DNA of 64,000 nt, taken from Candidatus Bathyarchaeia archaeon (lineage in GTDB: Bacteria; Hydrogenedentota; Hydrogenedentia; Hydrogenedentales; SLHB01). The stretch lies in assembly GCA_035530195.1 (NCBI GenBank), contig DATKVG010000103.1, forward strand, positions 4,069 through 68,068, given 5' to 3'. The translations under genes and the position numbers were made by a program. Below, piece after piece: positions 19,315 through 28,222 of the stretch. The notes beneath the pieces are model-generated. The model was not told the DNA's origin. It saw nothing but the letters and a program-made list of their open reading frames with translations, and ran no database searches. Position 1 is the stretch's first letter; the number at the start of each line of letters is the position of its first letter.

Positions 19315-19420
19315 TAGAATCTTTGTTCGCGACATCTGCGCGCGCCGCGTAGATGTCGGCTCAAAGTCGCGAACAAAGATTCTGATTCCGGCTTACCAGC
19401 CGGCGGCTTCTTAGCCGCCT
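19315..19420. repeat. palindromic repeat element, copy 1 (18-bp perfect inverted repeats AGAATCTTTGTTCGCGAC flanking 33 bp, plus a GGCGGCTTCTTAGCCGCC hairpin tail)
   Basis: It is directly comparable with copy 2 at 29769-29875, which has the inverse orientation. Confidence 0.7.
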
Positions 19421-19445
19421 TAGAACATGTTATAGTTGGTTCTTT

Positions 19446-20831
19446 ATGAAAGCGTTTGATCGCGAAATAGTGAGTGGCAGCATCGTGCAGTCGGTATGGA
19501 AGCTGGCGTGGCCGATGACGCTGCTGAACCTGGTGAACGGGTCGCACAGCCTGGTCGACCACATCCTGGTGGGCAACTTCATTTCGTCCGCAGACAATGC
19601 GGCCAACGCGGCGATCGGGGTGGCGTGGCAGGTTTTCCTGGTGTTTGTGGTGATGATCGCGTCGCTTTTCCAGGGCAACAACGTTTTGATCGCGCGTTAC
19701 GCGGGCAAGCAGGATAGAGAAAAAATCAGCGGGGTGGCGTACGACGTGTTTGTGGCGTCGGTGGCAATCCTGGTGCTGGTGCTTGGGCCGCTGGGCTTTC
19801 TGTTGAGCCCGGCGCTGGTCAGGTTTGCGACGGCGGACGCGTCGGTGGCGGCTCACGCGCTGCCGTACCTGCGGATCATGTTTGTGGGCGGGGTGCCGCT
19901 GTTCATCATGTTCATGGTGACGGGCGCGCTGCAGGCGTCGGGCCAGCCAAAAGTGCCGTTGAAGCTGGGCGTGCTCACAACAGTGCTGAACATCGTGCTG
20001 AGCACGCTGTTTATTACGGGGTTCGGCCCGTGGCCGCCGATGGGGACGGCGGGGGCGGCGCTGGGAACGTGCCTGGCGCCGCTGGCGAGCGTGGGGATCG
20101 TGCTGGCGCTGGTGATGCGGCGGCGGACGATGTTTCTGCCCCCGAAACGGTTGCGGCTGCCGGACTGGCGCGTACTGCGGGCGGTGGCCCTGATCGGTGT
20201 GCCCACGGGTGTGCAGGCGGTGCTGCTTAACCTAGGCGGGGCGCTGCTGATCGGCAAGATCGGGACGCTGCCGCAGGGGGCGGCGGCGCAGGCCGCGTAT
20301 ACCATCGGGTACATTCAGCTTTTTTCGCTGGTGATGTGGGTGTCGTTCGGACTTCGGGTCGCTTCGGCCACCATCATGGGGCAGAATATCGGCGCGAACC
20401 GGCCTGAACGGGGCACGCGGGGCGTGTACGTGGCGGCGCTGATGGGCATGACGTGGGCGGCGGTGATCGGCGCGGTGTTCTGGCTGTTTCCGGGCGTGCT
20501 GCTGGGGGCGTTTCGGGCTACCGCGGAACCCTTGTTTGGCTACGGGGCGTCGTTGCTCAAGGTGCTGGCGTTTTCCGGCGTGATGCAGGTCGTGACGCTG
20601 GCGTTCACGGGCGGGTTGCAGGGCGCCGGCGACACGCGCACGCCGATGTTCATCGCGTTCATCACGCAGATCGTCATCTTGCTGGGTCTGGCGCAGGTGT
20701 TGGATATGACGGGACATCTGAGCGTGTACACATTGTGGGGTGCGGTCTTCGTGGCGCACGCCTCGCGCTTCCTGCTGACGGCGGCGGTTTTCTATCGCGG
20801 GCGGTGGAAAGGGATCGAACTGGAGGTGTAG
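19446..20831 (+). CDS. MATE-family efflux transporter
   Basis: 461 aa with 12 TM helices and a NorM/DinF-like MATE signature. It is co-directional with the downstream rSAM/GT block. Confidence 0.85.
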   Translation: MKAFDREIVSGSIVQSVWKLAWPMTLLNLVNGSHSLVDHILVGNFISSADNAANAAIGVAWQVFLVFVVMIASLFQGNNVLIARYAGKQDREKISGVAYDVFVASVAILVLVLGPLGFLLSPALVRFATADASVAAHALPYLRIMFVGGVPLFIMFMVTGALQASGQPKVPLKLGVLTTVLNIVLSTLFITGFGPWPPMGTAGAALGTCLAPLASVGIVLALVMRRRTMFLPPKRLRLPDWRVLRAVALIGVPTGVQAVLLNLGGALLIGKIGTLPQGAAAQAAYTIGYIQLFSLVMWVSFGLRVASATIMGQNIGANRPERGTRGVYVAALMGMTWAAVIGAVFWLFPGVLLGAFRATAEPLFGYGASLLKVLAFSGVMQVVTLAFTGGLQGAGDTRTPMFIAFITQIVILLGLAQVLDMTGHLSVYTLWGAVFVAHASRFLLTAAVFYRGRWKGIELEV

Positions 20832-20839
20832 CTGGCACA

Positions 20840-20980
20840 GTGAGCGAAAAGGAACAAGATTGGCTGGAACGTCTGTCGGCATGGCGGCTCGCCGGGCTAC
20901 TGCAAGTAGGTGGCGTGGCCTTTGCGGTGAAAAAGGCTATAAACTGCGCGCTTCATAACCTCAAGGGGGAAAGGCGGTAG
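20840..20980 (+). CDS. candidate small peptide ORF (46 aa) upstream of the rSAM/SPASM pair; speculative precursor
   Basis: A GTG at 20840 lies 13 nt after GGAGG. It encodes MSEKEQDWLERLSAWRLAGLLQVGG|VAFAVKKAINCALHNLKGERR, which has a double-glycine-like LSxx-L-xx-LLQVGG segment. It sits in the gap between the MATE and rSAM genes. There is no independent support. Confidence 0.2.
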   Translation: MSEKEQDWLERLSAWRLAGLLQVGGVAFAVKKAINCALHNLKGERR

Positions 20981-21055
20981 GGGCATATGTTATCATTTGA
21001 CTAACGATTATTTTGCGGCAGGGAAACCGGCCTTGGCGTCCCATGCAGGAAAGAA

Positions 21056-22246
21056 ATGATGAATTACGATTCAAAAAGCGGACGGCTGGTGGCGTGGCAG
21101 GCGGGGGAGGCGCCTGGCCCGTGGCGCATGCTGCTATTTCCCACGTTTCGGTGCAACTTGCGGTGCGCTATTTGCTCACGCGCCTGGTGGGATGACCCGC
21201 CCGCATTTAAACACGAGATGTCGGACGAACGGCTGCTGCGGCTGGTGGATGAGAGTGCGGAACTGGGGGTCCAGGAGTTCTGCATCGGGGGCGGCGGTGA
21301 ACCGTTGGTGCGCGGCGAGATCGTGATGAAACTGTGCGAGCGTATCAAGCACTACAAAATGTACGGCATCCTGCAGACAAACGGAACGCTGCTCACGGCG
21401 GACCGCATTGACCAGCTTGTGCGGATGAACTGGGACCACATCGATCTCAGTATAGACGGGCCGACCGCCGAGACCTGCGATGCTATCCGTCAAAAAGGCG
21501 TTTTCGACAAAGCAATCGCGGCCGTGAGAGAGACGCGGGCCGCCAAAACGCGCCACAAACGAAAACTGCCGCAGATGACGGCGGTGAACGTCATCACGTC
21601 ATTAAACTACGACCGTCTCGACCAGATGATAGAAATGCTTCACGAGGCGGGCGCAGATTCGGTTATCTTCAAAGACATGATTGTCTATGCCGAAGGAATG
21701 CGAGAATTTGCCTTGACAGACACGCAGACGGTGGAACTGCAAGGGCACCTGGAGAAGGCGGGCCGACGCGGGCTTGATCTGGGCCTGTCGCTGTATGGCG
21801 GGTCATATGTCCAATGCGAACAGGGACCGGGCCCGGTGGGGCAGAAATCAGACGTGAAGCACGGATACGAGCAGGCGCTTTGCGTCGAACCCTGGCTGAG
21901 CATGGTGGTGCTATGCAACGGGTCCGCGGCCCCGTGTTGCAGCTTTTGGGAAGGCATCGCAGGCAGTCTGGAAACCAGCTCTCTTAAGGATGTCTGGCTG
22001 GGACCGGAGTACACGCAATTCAGGAAAGACATACTCGAGGGGCGGGGCCCGGCGCCATGCAAGGTGTGCCAGCCACAGTACGTGCTCCAGAAGGAGCAGG
22101 TCCTGGCGCGACTGAGCAATTATGAACGGTACCAGGCGACGCCGTGGAACTTGGCGGCGCGTGTGTTAAACAGTTTGCGCCATCACGGGCTGCGTGCCAG
22201 CTTCGCACGCGGCAAAGAATGGCTCCTGATCCGCAAGCGCCTCTAA
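21056..22246 (+). CDS. radical SAM enzyme with C-terminal SPASM domain
   Basis: CNLRCAIC (CxxxCxxC) lies near the N-terminus. A GGGGEP glycine-rich SAM motif is present. The C-terminal Cys pattern CVEPW...C...CCSFW...C..C fits SPASM/twitch. There is no N-terminal RRE-like extension. RBS AGGAAAG. Confidence 0.85.
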   Translation: MMNYDSKSGRLVAWQAGEAPGPWRMLLFPTFRCNLRCAICSRAWWDDPPAFKHEMSDERLLRLVDESAELGVQEFCIGGGGEPLVRGEIVMKLCERIKHYKMYGILQTNGTLLTADRIDQLVRMNWDHIDLSIDGPTAETCDAIRQKGVFDKAIAAVRETRAAKTRHKRKLPQMTAVNVITSLNYDRLDQMIEMLHEAGADSVIFKDMIVYAEGMREFALTDTQTVELQGHLEKAGRRGLDLGLSLYGGSYVQCEQGPGPVGQKSDVKHGYEQALCVEPWLSMVVLCNGSAAPCCSFWEGIAGSLETSSLKDVWLGPEYTQFRKDILEGRGPAPCKVCQPQYVLQKEQVLARLSNYERYQATPWNLAARVLNSLRHHGLRASFARGKEWLLIRKRL

Positions 22247-22279
22247 GGGCGCGGGGCGGACAGCGCGCATACGACGCAA

Positions 22280-23482
22280 ATGATCAAGAGCAACGCGGGC
22301 ATAATCGATCGGCTGGACGCGTGGCGCCTCGGGCGCCGGGCTGGCCCCGTTCACGTTACGGTGTATCCCACCAACCGCTGTAATCTTCAATGCAGCATCT
22401 GCTGGCAGCGCTGGTCGGAGATCGAACGCCAGGAGTTGCCGGATGATCGCCTGATGCGCCTGGTTGACGAATGCGCGGACGCCGGCGTAGCCGATTGGCT
22501 GTTTGTCGGCGGGGGCGAACCTATGGTGCGCGGCGAACTGATGATGAAAATGATGTCGCGCATTCGGGAACGGGGGATGAATGGCTGCCTGCAAACCAAC
22601 GGGACGCTGTTTAAGGAGGATCAACTCGAGGCGCTGGTGAAAATGGGCTGGTATCGCGTAGCCGTGAGCGTGGATGGGCCGGACGAGGCGACTAACGACG
22701 CCATCCGTAGCAACGGGTCATTCGCCAAAGCTACAGCCAATATCAGGCGGCTCGTGGACATGAAACAGCGGCTTAAATCTTCATTGCCGGGCGTATGCCT
22801 GTATATGACGCTGACAAACCTTACCTACAACCGAATCGATGAGATGGTGGAACTCTCTCATTCGCTTGGTTGCGACACCACATTCAGCATCTCCGAGCTT
22901 ATCGTGAGAGGAAAACGCTGCCAGGAATTGGCGTTGACGCCGGAACAGCGCAGCAGATTGCCCGAGCACCTCAACCGCGCCGAGGACAAAGCACGCGCGT
23001 ACGGGCTCGAAACAAACTTCTCCATGTACCTTTCCACAAGCAAATCCGAAAACAAAAAAACCGCCAGGCGCAGTCAGTTTCCTCCGAACGATATGGCCAA
23101 CGCGGTGTGCTTTGAGCCCTGGTTGAGAATAGCCATCCTGCCAGATGGCCGCACGGGCCCTTGCTGCTCATTTTGGGCCGCCGATGCCGATACCCTTGAA
23201 GCCAAGACCCTCGAGGAAGTGTGGCATGGCGCATATATGGAACGGGTGCGAAAGCAGTTGATCGAGCACCAACCTCCAGCCTACTGCGCCCACTGCTCGT
23301 CGGATAACCTCGCCTTAACGCGCCAATTGAGAGAGGCTTACCGGGAGTACCGCAGCCTTCGCGGGGGCAGACTTATGGTGTATCTGGCATGTAAAGGACT
23401 GAAGAGTTTTCGACGGGATGGACTCATCAAGACCGCGGGCCGCGCCAAAGAATGGATCTTGCTGCAGAGAGGAAGACAATAG
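22280..23482 (+). CDS. radical SAM enzyme with C-terminal SPASM domain (paralog of upstream gene)
   Basis: CNLQCSIC motif, GGGEP motif, and a C-terminal CFEPW...PCCSFW...YCAHC Cys pattern. It is clearly homologous to the 21056-22246 product. Confidence 0.85.
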   Translation: MIKSNAGIIDRLDAWRLGRRAGPVHVTVYPTNRCNLQCSICWQRWSEIERQELPDDRLMRLVDECADAGVADWLFVGGGEPMVRGELMMKMMSRIRERGMNGCLQTNGTLFKEDQLEALVKMGWYRVAVSVDGPDEATNDAIRSNGSFAKATANIRRLVDMKQRLKSSLPGVCLYMTLTNLTYNRIDEMVELSHSLGCDTTFSISELIVRGKRCQELALTPEQRSRLPEHLNRAEDKARAYGLETNFSMYLSTSKSENKKTARRSQFPPNDMANAVCFEPWLRIAILPDGRTGPCCSFWAADADTLEAKTLEEVWHGAYMERVRKQLIEHQPPAYCAHCSSDNLALTRQLREAYREYRSLRGGRLMVYLACKGLKSFRRDGLIKTAGRAKEWILLQRGRQ

Positions 23483-23554
23483 CCCATGGCTCAGAATGTC
23501 CTGCCTTCCCGGCCGCAGACGGTTGCGGTACAATAACGGGTAGAGGCCTCATCA

Positions 23555-25879
23555 TTGACAACTAGATTACAAGATTCTCTGCCACCCGTGCGCGGGCTGG
23601 TCGTGCTGACCAACAGCCGCGGACAAACCTTTCCCCTGCGCGACGTCCAGCGGTGGATCAACCTGAACCGGCTGATGTTCAAGGTCGAGAAAATCGACGT
23701 GCTGGCGCGGCACGTCGACGTGCACCTGATTAAAACGCTCGTCGAATACGCCCGGCTCAACACGGCTGTCAACGCGGCCGTTTCGTTAAGGACGGACTGC
23801 TCGGGGCCGCCGCCCGACCCGGGGCTGCTACGGGACGCCGGCCTGCTCGACGTTTTTCTGACGCCCCCGGAACCCGACGGAGACTTGTTTCATCGCTGGC
23901 TTGATGCGTGCGGGAAGGCGGGGCGTGCGGTGCGGGTGCAACTGTGCGCTCCGTTCGGCGCCTCACTCGATGTGCGGGCCTTGGCGGCGCGTCTTAAGGC
24001 GGCAGGCGCCTTGGCCGTGAACATTGTGCTGTATGACGCCTTCGATACGCCTATGGCGTCGCATGGTAAAGATGTGACGTTGGCCAAGATGAACGAGTTG
24101 GCCGCGGCGGTCGCCGCACAGGAGATTGAAACCAGCCTTTACGGCTTGCCGTTGTGCCTGGTGGTGGACGAGAACATGCCCATGGCGGGCAATAGGCCGC
24201 TGTTTTTCCAGGACCATCAGCAGTACGACCGAGGCGCGTACGAGCTCGCAGCGAAACTGTACCGGCGGCCGGTAAAACGGGCCCGTCTCGCGCTCGCAAT
24301 CTTGATCGCGGGGCGGACGCAAATCGAAAACCCGCTGGATAAATGGGTAGTCGAGTGGCTGCTTGTGAACCGCCCGTGGTGGTACTGCTTCCTGATGCTT
24401 GTGCACAAGGTCACGCTGTATTCGCGGCTGATTAAGAGCCGCGTGCCGGAGGCGGCCGATTCATCGCCGCCCGAGCCGGCCCGCGAGAAGGCGAAGGGCC
24501 CGCGGTGCGGATCGTGCAGCCTGCGGCGGATCTGCGACGGCGAAACGGCCGAGTTCAAGCGCGCGCTTCCGGGCGTCGAGGTGCGGCCGCGCGACGGGCA
24601 ACCGGTGTTGTCGCCGGCTCATTTCTCGGGGCAGCGTCAGCGGCATTATGATGGAATTGACGCGCTGCGCCTGCAGGCGGAGTCGCAACGCCAGGCGCTC
24701 GTGGAGGAAGCAGGCCGGCTGATGGTACAGCAGACGCCCGAGGTTCTGCCGGCGTCTCACTACTGGGCGCTGAACACATACGGGGAGCCGTTGTCGGGCG
24801 CGGTGAGGTGGCATTCGGCGACGCACGCCGAAAAACTCAGCTCGATCGTGGCTTACATCCAGTCGCCGTTCGTCATTTCGTGCAGTATCGGCGGCGGGAT
24901 AGCGGATCTGGCCGGGTTTGCCGTGGGCAGGACCGGGCGGCTGGTTTGCCCGATGCTGCTACCCTCCCACGAGATCTCGCTTTACGTAAAGAAAGGCGGC
25001 GGATACGTGCTGATGCGCGACGGCCAGCCGGTTACGCCAGCCCAGTTGGGAAGGTCGTATTACGTGCCGGCGCTGATGCCGGACTGGAACCCGATCCAGT
25101 TGTCATTATGGAACGTGGATGGGACCATCACCACGCAGGAGGTGAGGATTTGGAAAGAGCCGGACGCGGCGCTGCCCGAACCGCGCGCAAAGTACAGCGT
25201 GGTGATTTTCAGCACGCGGTTTTCGCGGCGTCTGCAGGCGACGCTGCAAAGCCTCGCCCACCAGGAAGGGGTGGTTCCGGGCGATCTCGAGGTGGTGGTG
25301 GGTTACGTGCCGGGCATTGACGCCACGGACGACGTGCTCGAGTCGGTGCGGCTTGCCCACCCGGGGCTGCGGGTGAAACGGGCGGCGTTCCCGGAGCACC
25401 GGGTGAAATCCAAAGGTTTCATCATCAACGAATCGGTTCGCCAAGCGACGGGCGAGTGGGTGGTCCTGATGGATGCGGACATCCTGCTGCCGCCGGACTT
25501 TTTCACCCGCGTCGAGGCCGAAACCGCCGGCTGCGTGTTCATGGCGCCGGACGGACGCGTGATGCTCGATGCCGAGACGACGGCCAAGGTGCTGTTGGGC
25601 GAGATCGAGCCGCGGCTCGAGTGGCGCGCGCTCGTGAACGGCGGCGAATACCGGCACCGGGAGTCTGAGGGCATCCCGATCGGGTTCTGCCAGATTGTGC
25701 GCGCCACGTGTTTTGAGAAGGTACAATACGAAGAGTACGAACATTTTGCGGTGGCTGATTCGAACTTCGGGCTGGCGATGCGCCGGGAGTTCGGGCAGGA
25801 AAAACGCCTCAGCGGGATGCCGGTGATCCATCTGGACCACGGCGGCAGCCGGTGGTTCGGCACGCGCGGGCACCTATGA
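23555..25879 (+). CDS. two-domain protein: N-terminal ~520-aa domain of unknown function fused to C-terminal family-2 glycosyltransferase (GT-A)
   Basis: The C-terminal region has a GT2 signature (YSVVIFSTRFSRR...LEVVVG...VVLMDADILLPPDFF, with a DxD-like DAD). The N-terminal region has no motif I recognise, apart from a CGSCSLRRICDG Cys cluster. The TTG start at 23555 comes from the ORF track; internal GTG/ATG starts are possible. Confidence 0.7.
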   Translation: MTTRLQDSLPPVRGLVVLTNSRGQTFPLRDVQRWINLNRLMFKVEKIDVLARHVDVHLIKTLVEYARLNTAVNAAVSLRTDCSGPPPDPGLLRDAGLLDVFLTPPEPDGDLFHRWLDACGKAGRAVRVQLCAPFGASLDVRALAARLKAAGALAVNIVLYDAFDTPMASHGKDVTLAKMNELAAAVAAQEIETSLYGLPLCLVVDENMPMAGNRPLFFQDHQQYDRGAYELAAKLYRRPVKRARLALAILIAGRTQIENPLDKWVVEWLLVNRPWWYCFLMLVHKVTLYSRLIKSRVPEAADSSPPEPAREKAKGPRCGSCSLRRICDGETAEFKRALPGVEVRPRDGQPVLSPAHFSGQRQRHYDGIDALRLQAESQRQALVEEAGRLMVQQTPEVLPASHYWALNTYGEPLSGAVRWHSATHAEKLSSIVAYIQSPFVISCSIGGGIADLAGFAVGRTGRLVCPMLLPSHEISLYVKKGGGYVLMRDGQPVTPAQLGRSYYVPALMPDWNPIQLSLWNVDGTITTQEVRIWKEPDAALPEPRAKYSVVIFSTRFSRRLQATLQSLAHQEGVVPGDLEVVVGYVPGIDATDDVLESVRLAHPGLRVKRAAFPEHRVKSKGFIINESVRQATGEWVVLMDADILLPPDFFTRVEAETAGCVFMAPDGRVMLDAETTAKVLLGEIEPRLEWRALVNGGEYRHRESEGIPIGFCQIVRATCFEKVQYEEYEHFAVADSNFGLAMRREFGQEKRLSGMPVIHLDHGGSRWFGTRGHL

Positions 25880-25901
25880 AGCCGCACCGGGAAATTCGGG
25901 C

Positions 25902-27152
25902 ATGAAACTGGCCTTTGTCGATCTTGTTTTTTCGTGGCCGCCGCTCGGCGGGGCGCCGCTGGACCTGTACCAAACGATGGTGGGGCTGCAGCAGCTTGGC
26001 CACGAGGCGAAGCTGTTTTTTGCCGCCGACAAGGACAACTGGGACCGCGGCGAAATCCCGCCCGGCTCATTGCCGTTCGAATCGCAGCGGCTGGACTTCG
26101 ATCTGGACACGTTCACGCCCGAGCATGTTCCGGCGCGGTTTCGGGAAGCGGTGGATGCGTGGCGGCCCGACGTGGTTTTTGTTTGTTTCGGTTTTTTCAT
26201 GAAGCCGTTTGTGACCAAAGCGCTGGCGGGTTATCCGCTTGTCTCGCGCTATTACGCGTACGAGGTGGCGTGTCTTCGCGATTACCGCCAGTTTTGGAAG
26301 AAGAAGACGTGCCCCAGCGATTACGTGAACACGCCGAACGCGTGCCGGCGTTGCACCGCGCGCGCGTTGGGCAAAGACATCCGTGCGGGCCGGATCAACT
26401 CGTACGCGCGCGAGTATCTGGCTGCCGGCGCGCACCGTCCCGAATATTATGACGTGCTGGTCGAGTCGGTGAGGTCCTACAATGCCATCATCGTTTACAA
26501 CCACATGACGAAACGCCACCTGTCGGCGTTGAACGCGAACGTCCACGTGATTCCCGGCGGCGTCCACGCGGGCGAGTTTGCCTTTACGCCGCCGCCGTCG
26601 CGCAAGCCGGGCGAGAAAAAAATCATCCTGATGACGGGCCGGGCCACGGATTTCTCGAAGGGGCTGCACATTGTGCAGCGATCCGGAGCCCTGTTGGCGA
26701 AGCGCCGTGACGATTTCGAGTTTTGGGTGACAGTCGAGGCGCCGTTTGTGCGGAAGGCGCCGTGGATCCGGGCCCTGGGCTGGCACGACGTGTCGGAACT
26801 CCCGGCATTTTACCGGCAGGCGGACATTTGCGTCGTGCCGTCGGTTTGGGAAGAGCCGTTCGGGATGGTGGCGGTCGAGGCGATGGCGACGGGCCGGCCG
26901 GTGTGCGTGAGCCGGGTCGGCGGCCTTCAGGAAATCGTCACGCCCGGCGAGACCGGGTTCATCTACGACCGCAACGACGCAAAGGCGCTCGCCGGGCACC
27001 TCGAGACCCTGCTGGATCAGCCTGACCTGCGGGCGCGGATGGGCGAGGCGGGGCGGCGGCGGGTCGAGCAGGAGTACGACTGGCCGCGCATCATGCAGAA
27101 ATACTATCCGCCCATACTTGAAGGGATCGTGAAGAAAGCGAAAACCGCATGA
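25902..27152 (+). CDS. family-4 (GT-B) glycosyltransferase
   Basis: The C-terminal half has the GT4/GT1 signature EPFGMVAVEAMATGRPV...GGLQEIV. Two Rossmann-like domains. Confidence 0.8.
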   Translation: MKLAFVDLVFSWPPLGGAPLDLYQTMVGLQQLGHEAKLFFAADKDNWDRGEIPPGSLPFESQRLDFDLDTFTPEHVPARFREAVDAWRPDVVFVCFGFFMKPFVTKALAGYPLVSRYYAYEVACLRDYRQFWKKKTCPSDYVNTPNACRRCTARALGKDIRAGRINSYAREYLAAGAHRPEYYDVLVESVRSYNAIIVYNHMTKRHLSALNANVHVIPGGVHAGEFAFTPPPSRKPGEKKIILMTGRATDFSKGLHIVQRSGALLAKRRDDFEFWVTVEAPFVRKAPWIRALGWHDVSELPAFYRQADICVVPSVWEEPFGMVAVEAMATGRPVCVSRVGGLQEIVTPGETGFIYDRNDAKALAGHLETLLDQPDLRARMGEAGRRRVEQEYDWPRIMQKYYPPILEGIVKKAKTA

Positions 27153-27610
27153 ACAACTCCGAACGCGCCTGCGTCTTTTTCAGCATCGGCAGCGACTTCG
27201 CCAAAGTGGTAAAAACCGTGCGGGCGCGGCATCCGGGTGCGCGCATCACAGCGATGGCGCCACCCGATTTTCCAATGGACGGCGTGGCGGCCGACGACGT
27301 CGTGCGGATGGAAGTGCAGCGGTACCGGCCATGGCACGTTGCGCGGCTTCGTCGCCTGGCCCGTCAACTCCGGGCGGGCCGGTACGACCGGTTCGTGGTC
27401 CTTTTCCCGAGCGTGAAACTCAAGATGCTCGCCTCGTTGAGCGGCGCGCCAAAATGCGAGTGCTGGGGCGTCGACGGCCGGGTCCGCCGGCTGGACCCCG
27501 GGTTCTGGGGCAATTTCTCCGGCGAACTTCCGCGGCGGTTGCGCGGGTTTTGGCAGTTTCTCGACGTCTGGGTGCAGACGCTGCTGCGGCCGGTGAGGAA
27601 ACGGCGCTAG
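27149..27610 (+). CDS. hypothetical protein (153 aa), translationally coupled to the GT4 gene
   Basis: Its ATG overlaps the GT4 stop (ATGA). Arg-rich. No recognisable domain. Confidence 0.45.
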   Translation: MNNSERACVFFSIGSDFAKVVKTVRARHPGARITAMAPPDFPMDGVAADDVVRMEVQRYRPWHVARLRRLARQLRAGRYDRFVVLFPSVKLKMLASLSGAPKCECWGVDGRVRRLDPGFWGNFSGELPRRLRGFWQFLDVWVQTLLRPVRKRR

Positions 27611-28221
27611 TCTTTCCTTATTGATCGCCTTGTCTTGTAGAGGCGCTCGGTGAAACCACCTTCCTGCTGAAACTTTCTCGCTTGGGTGGCAATTTGGCGA
27701 TCAAGGAGGAACGAAGCCACTGTGATGAGGGCGAGAGCGGCGTTGGCGGCGATTTCGGGGAAAGTGGACGGAGTGGACCTAGTGGACGAAGTGGACGGAG
27801 TGGACGCGGACATTTTTGAGACTGGGCGGCCGTGAATACTCTTTGCCCATTCGGCTACTGCGTCGGCGGTTGCGGGGCGAGACACTATCAAAGCGGTCCT
27901 TCGTGGATCGTTGCGATCCCACTGCGGAAGGCGGCGTTGGCGCAGAAAGTCTTCGTAATCCAAGCGCAGTTCTTCCAGACTGGAGCGGGCTACGCTTGTG
28001 AGTTTTAACTCCGTCTTTTTCGAGGTGGCCGAAGTCTGACTTCCTTCTGCAATGTTCTGGACACCTGATCTGGCGGATTGGACCATTTGCTCATACATCT
28101 TGTGCGACCTGACGTATTTGTCGCAGAAACGGACAGTGACGTCATAAACTAACTGCGCCACCTGAAAGCTCTTCAGTTTCCGAAACCCACCGTGTTTCTG
28201 TATAAGCGGCTCTTTGTCCAC
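27607..28221 (-). CDS. four-helix-bundle protein (TIGR02436 / 23S-IVS / Avd-like family) with Ser/Thr/Pro-repeat C-terminal extension
   Basis: The N-terminal 120 aa show the family signature (...ARSGVQNIAEGSQTS...SLEELRLDYEDFL). The C-terminal extension contains STPSTSSTRSTPST, encoded by a 9-bp tandem repeat. GTG start. Confidence 0.6.
   Translation of the reverse strand: MDKEPLIQKHGGFRKLKSFQVAQLVYDVTVRFCDKYVRSHKMYEQMVQSARSGVQNIAEGSQTSATSKKTELKLTSVARSSLEELRLDYEDFLRQRRLPQWDRNDPRRTALIVSRPATADAVAEWAKSIHGRPVSKMSASTPSTSSTRSTPSTFPEIAANAALALITVASFLLDRQIATQARKFQQEGGFTERLYKTRRSIRKD
27763..27807. repeat. 5 x 9-bp tandem array AGTGGACNN inside the four-helix-bundle gene
   Basis: agtggacgg agtggacct agtggacga agtggacgg agtggacgc. 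On the coding strand it encodes STPSTSSTRSTPST. Confidence 0.75.
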
Positions 28222-28222
28222 G

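Noticed and set aside
21013-21195. 60-aa ORF overlapping the start of the first rSAM gene; considered as a precursor-peptide candidate
   Set aside because: It is out of frame with, and mostly inside, the rSAM coding sequence. No RBS. Its Gly/Ala/Arg-rich composition is typical of an alternative frame of a GC-rich gene.
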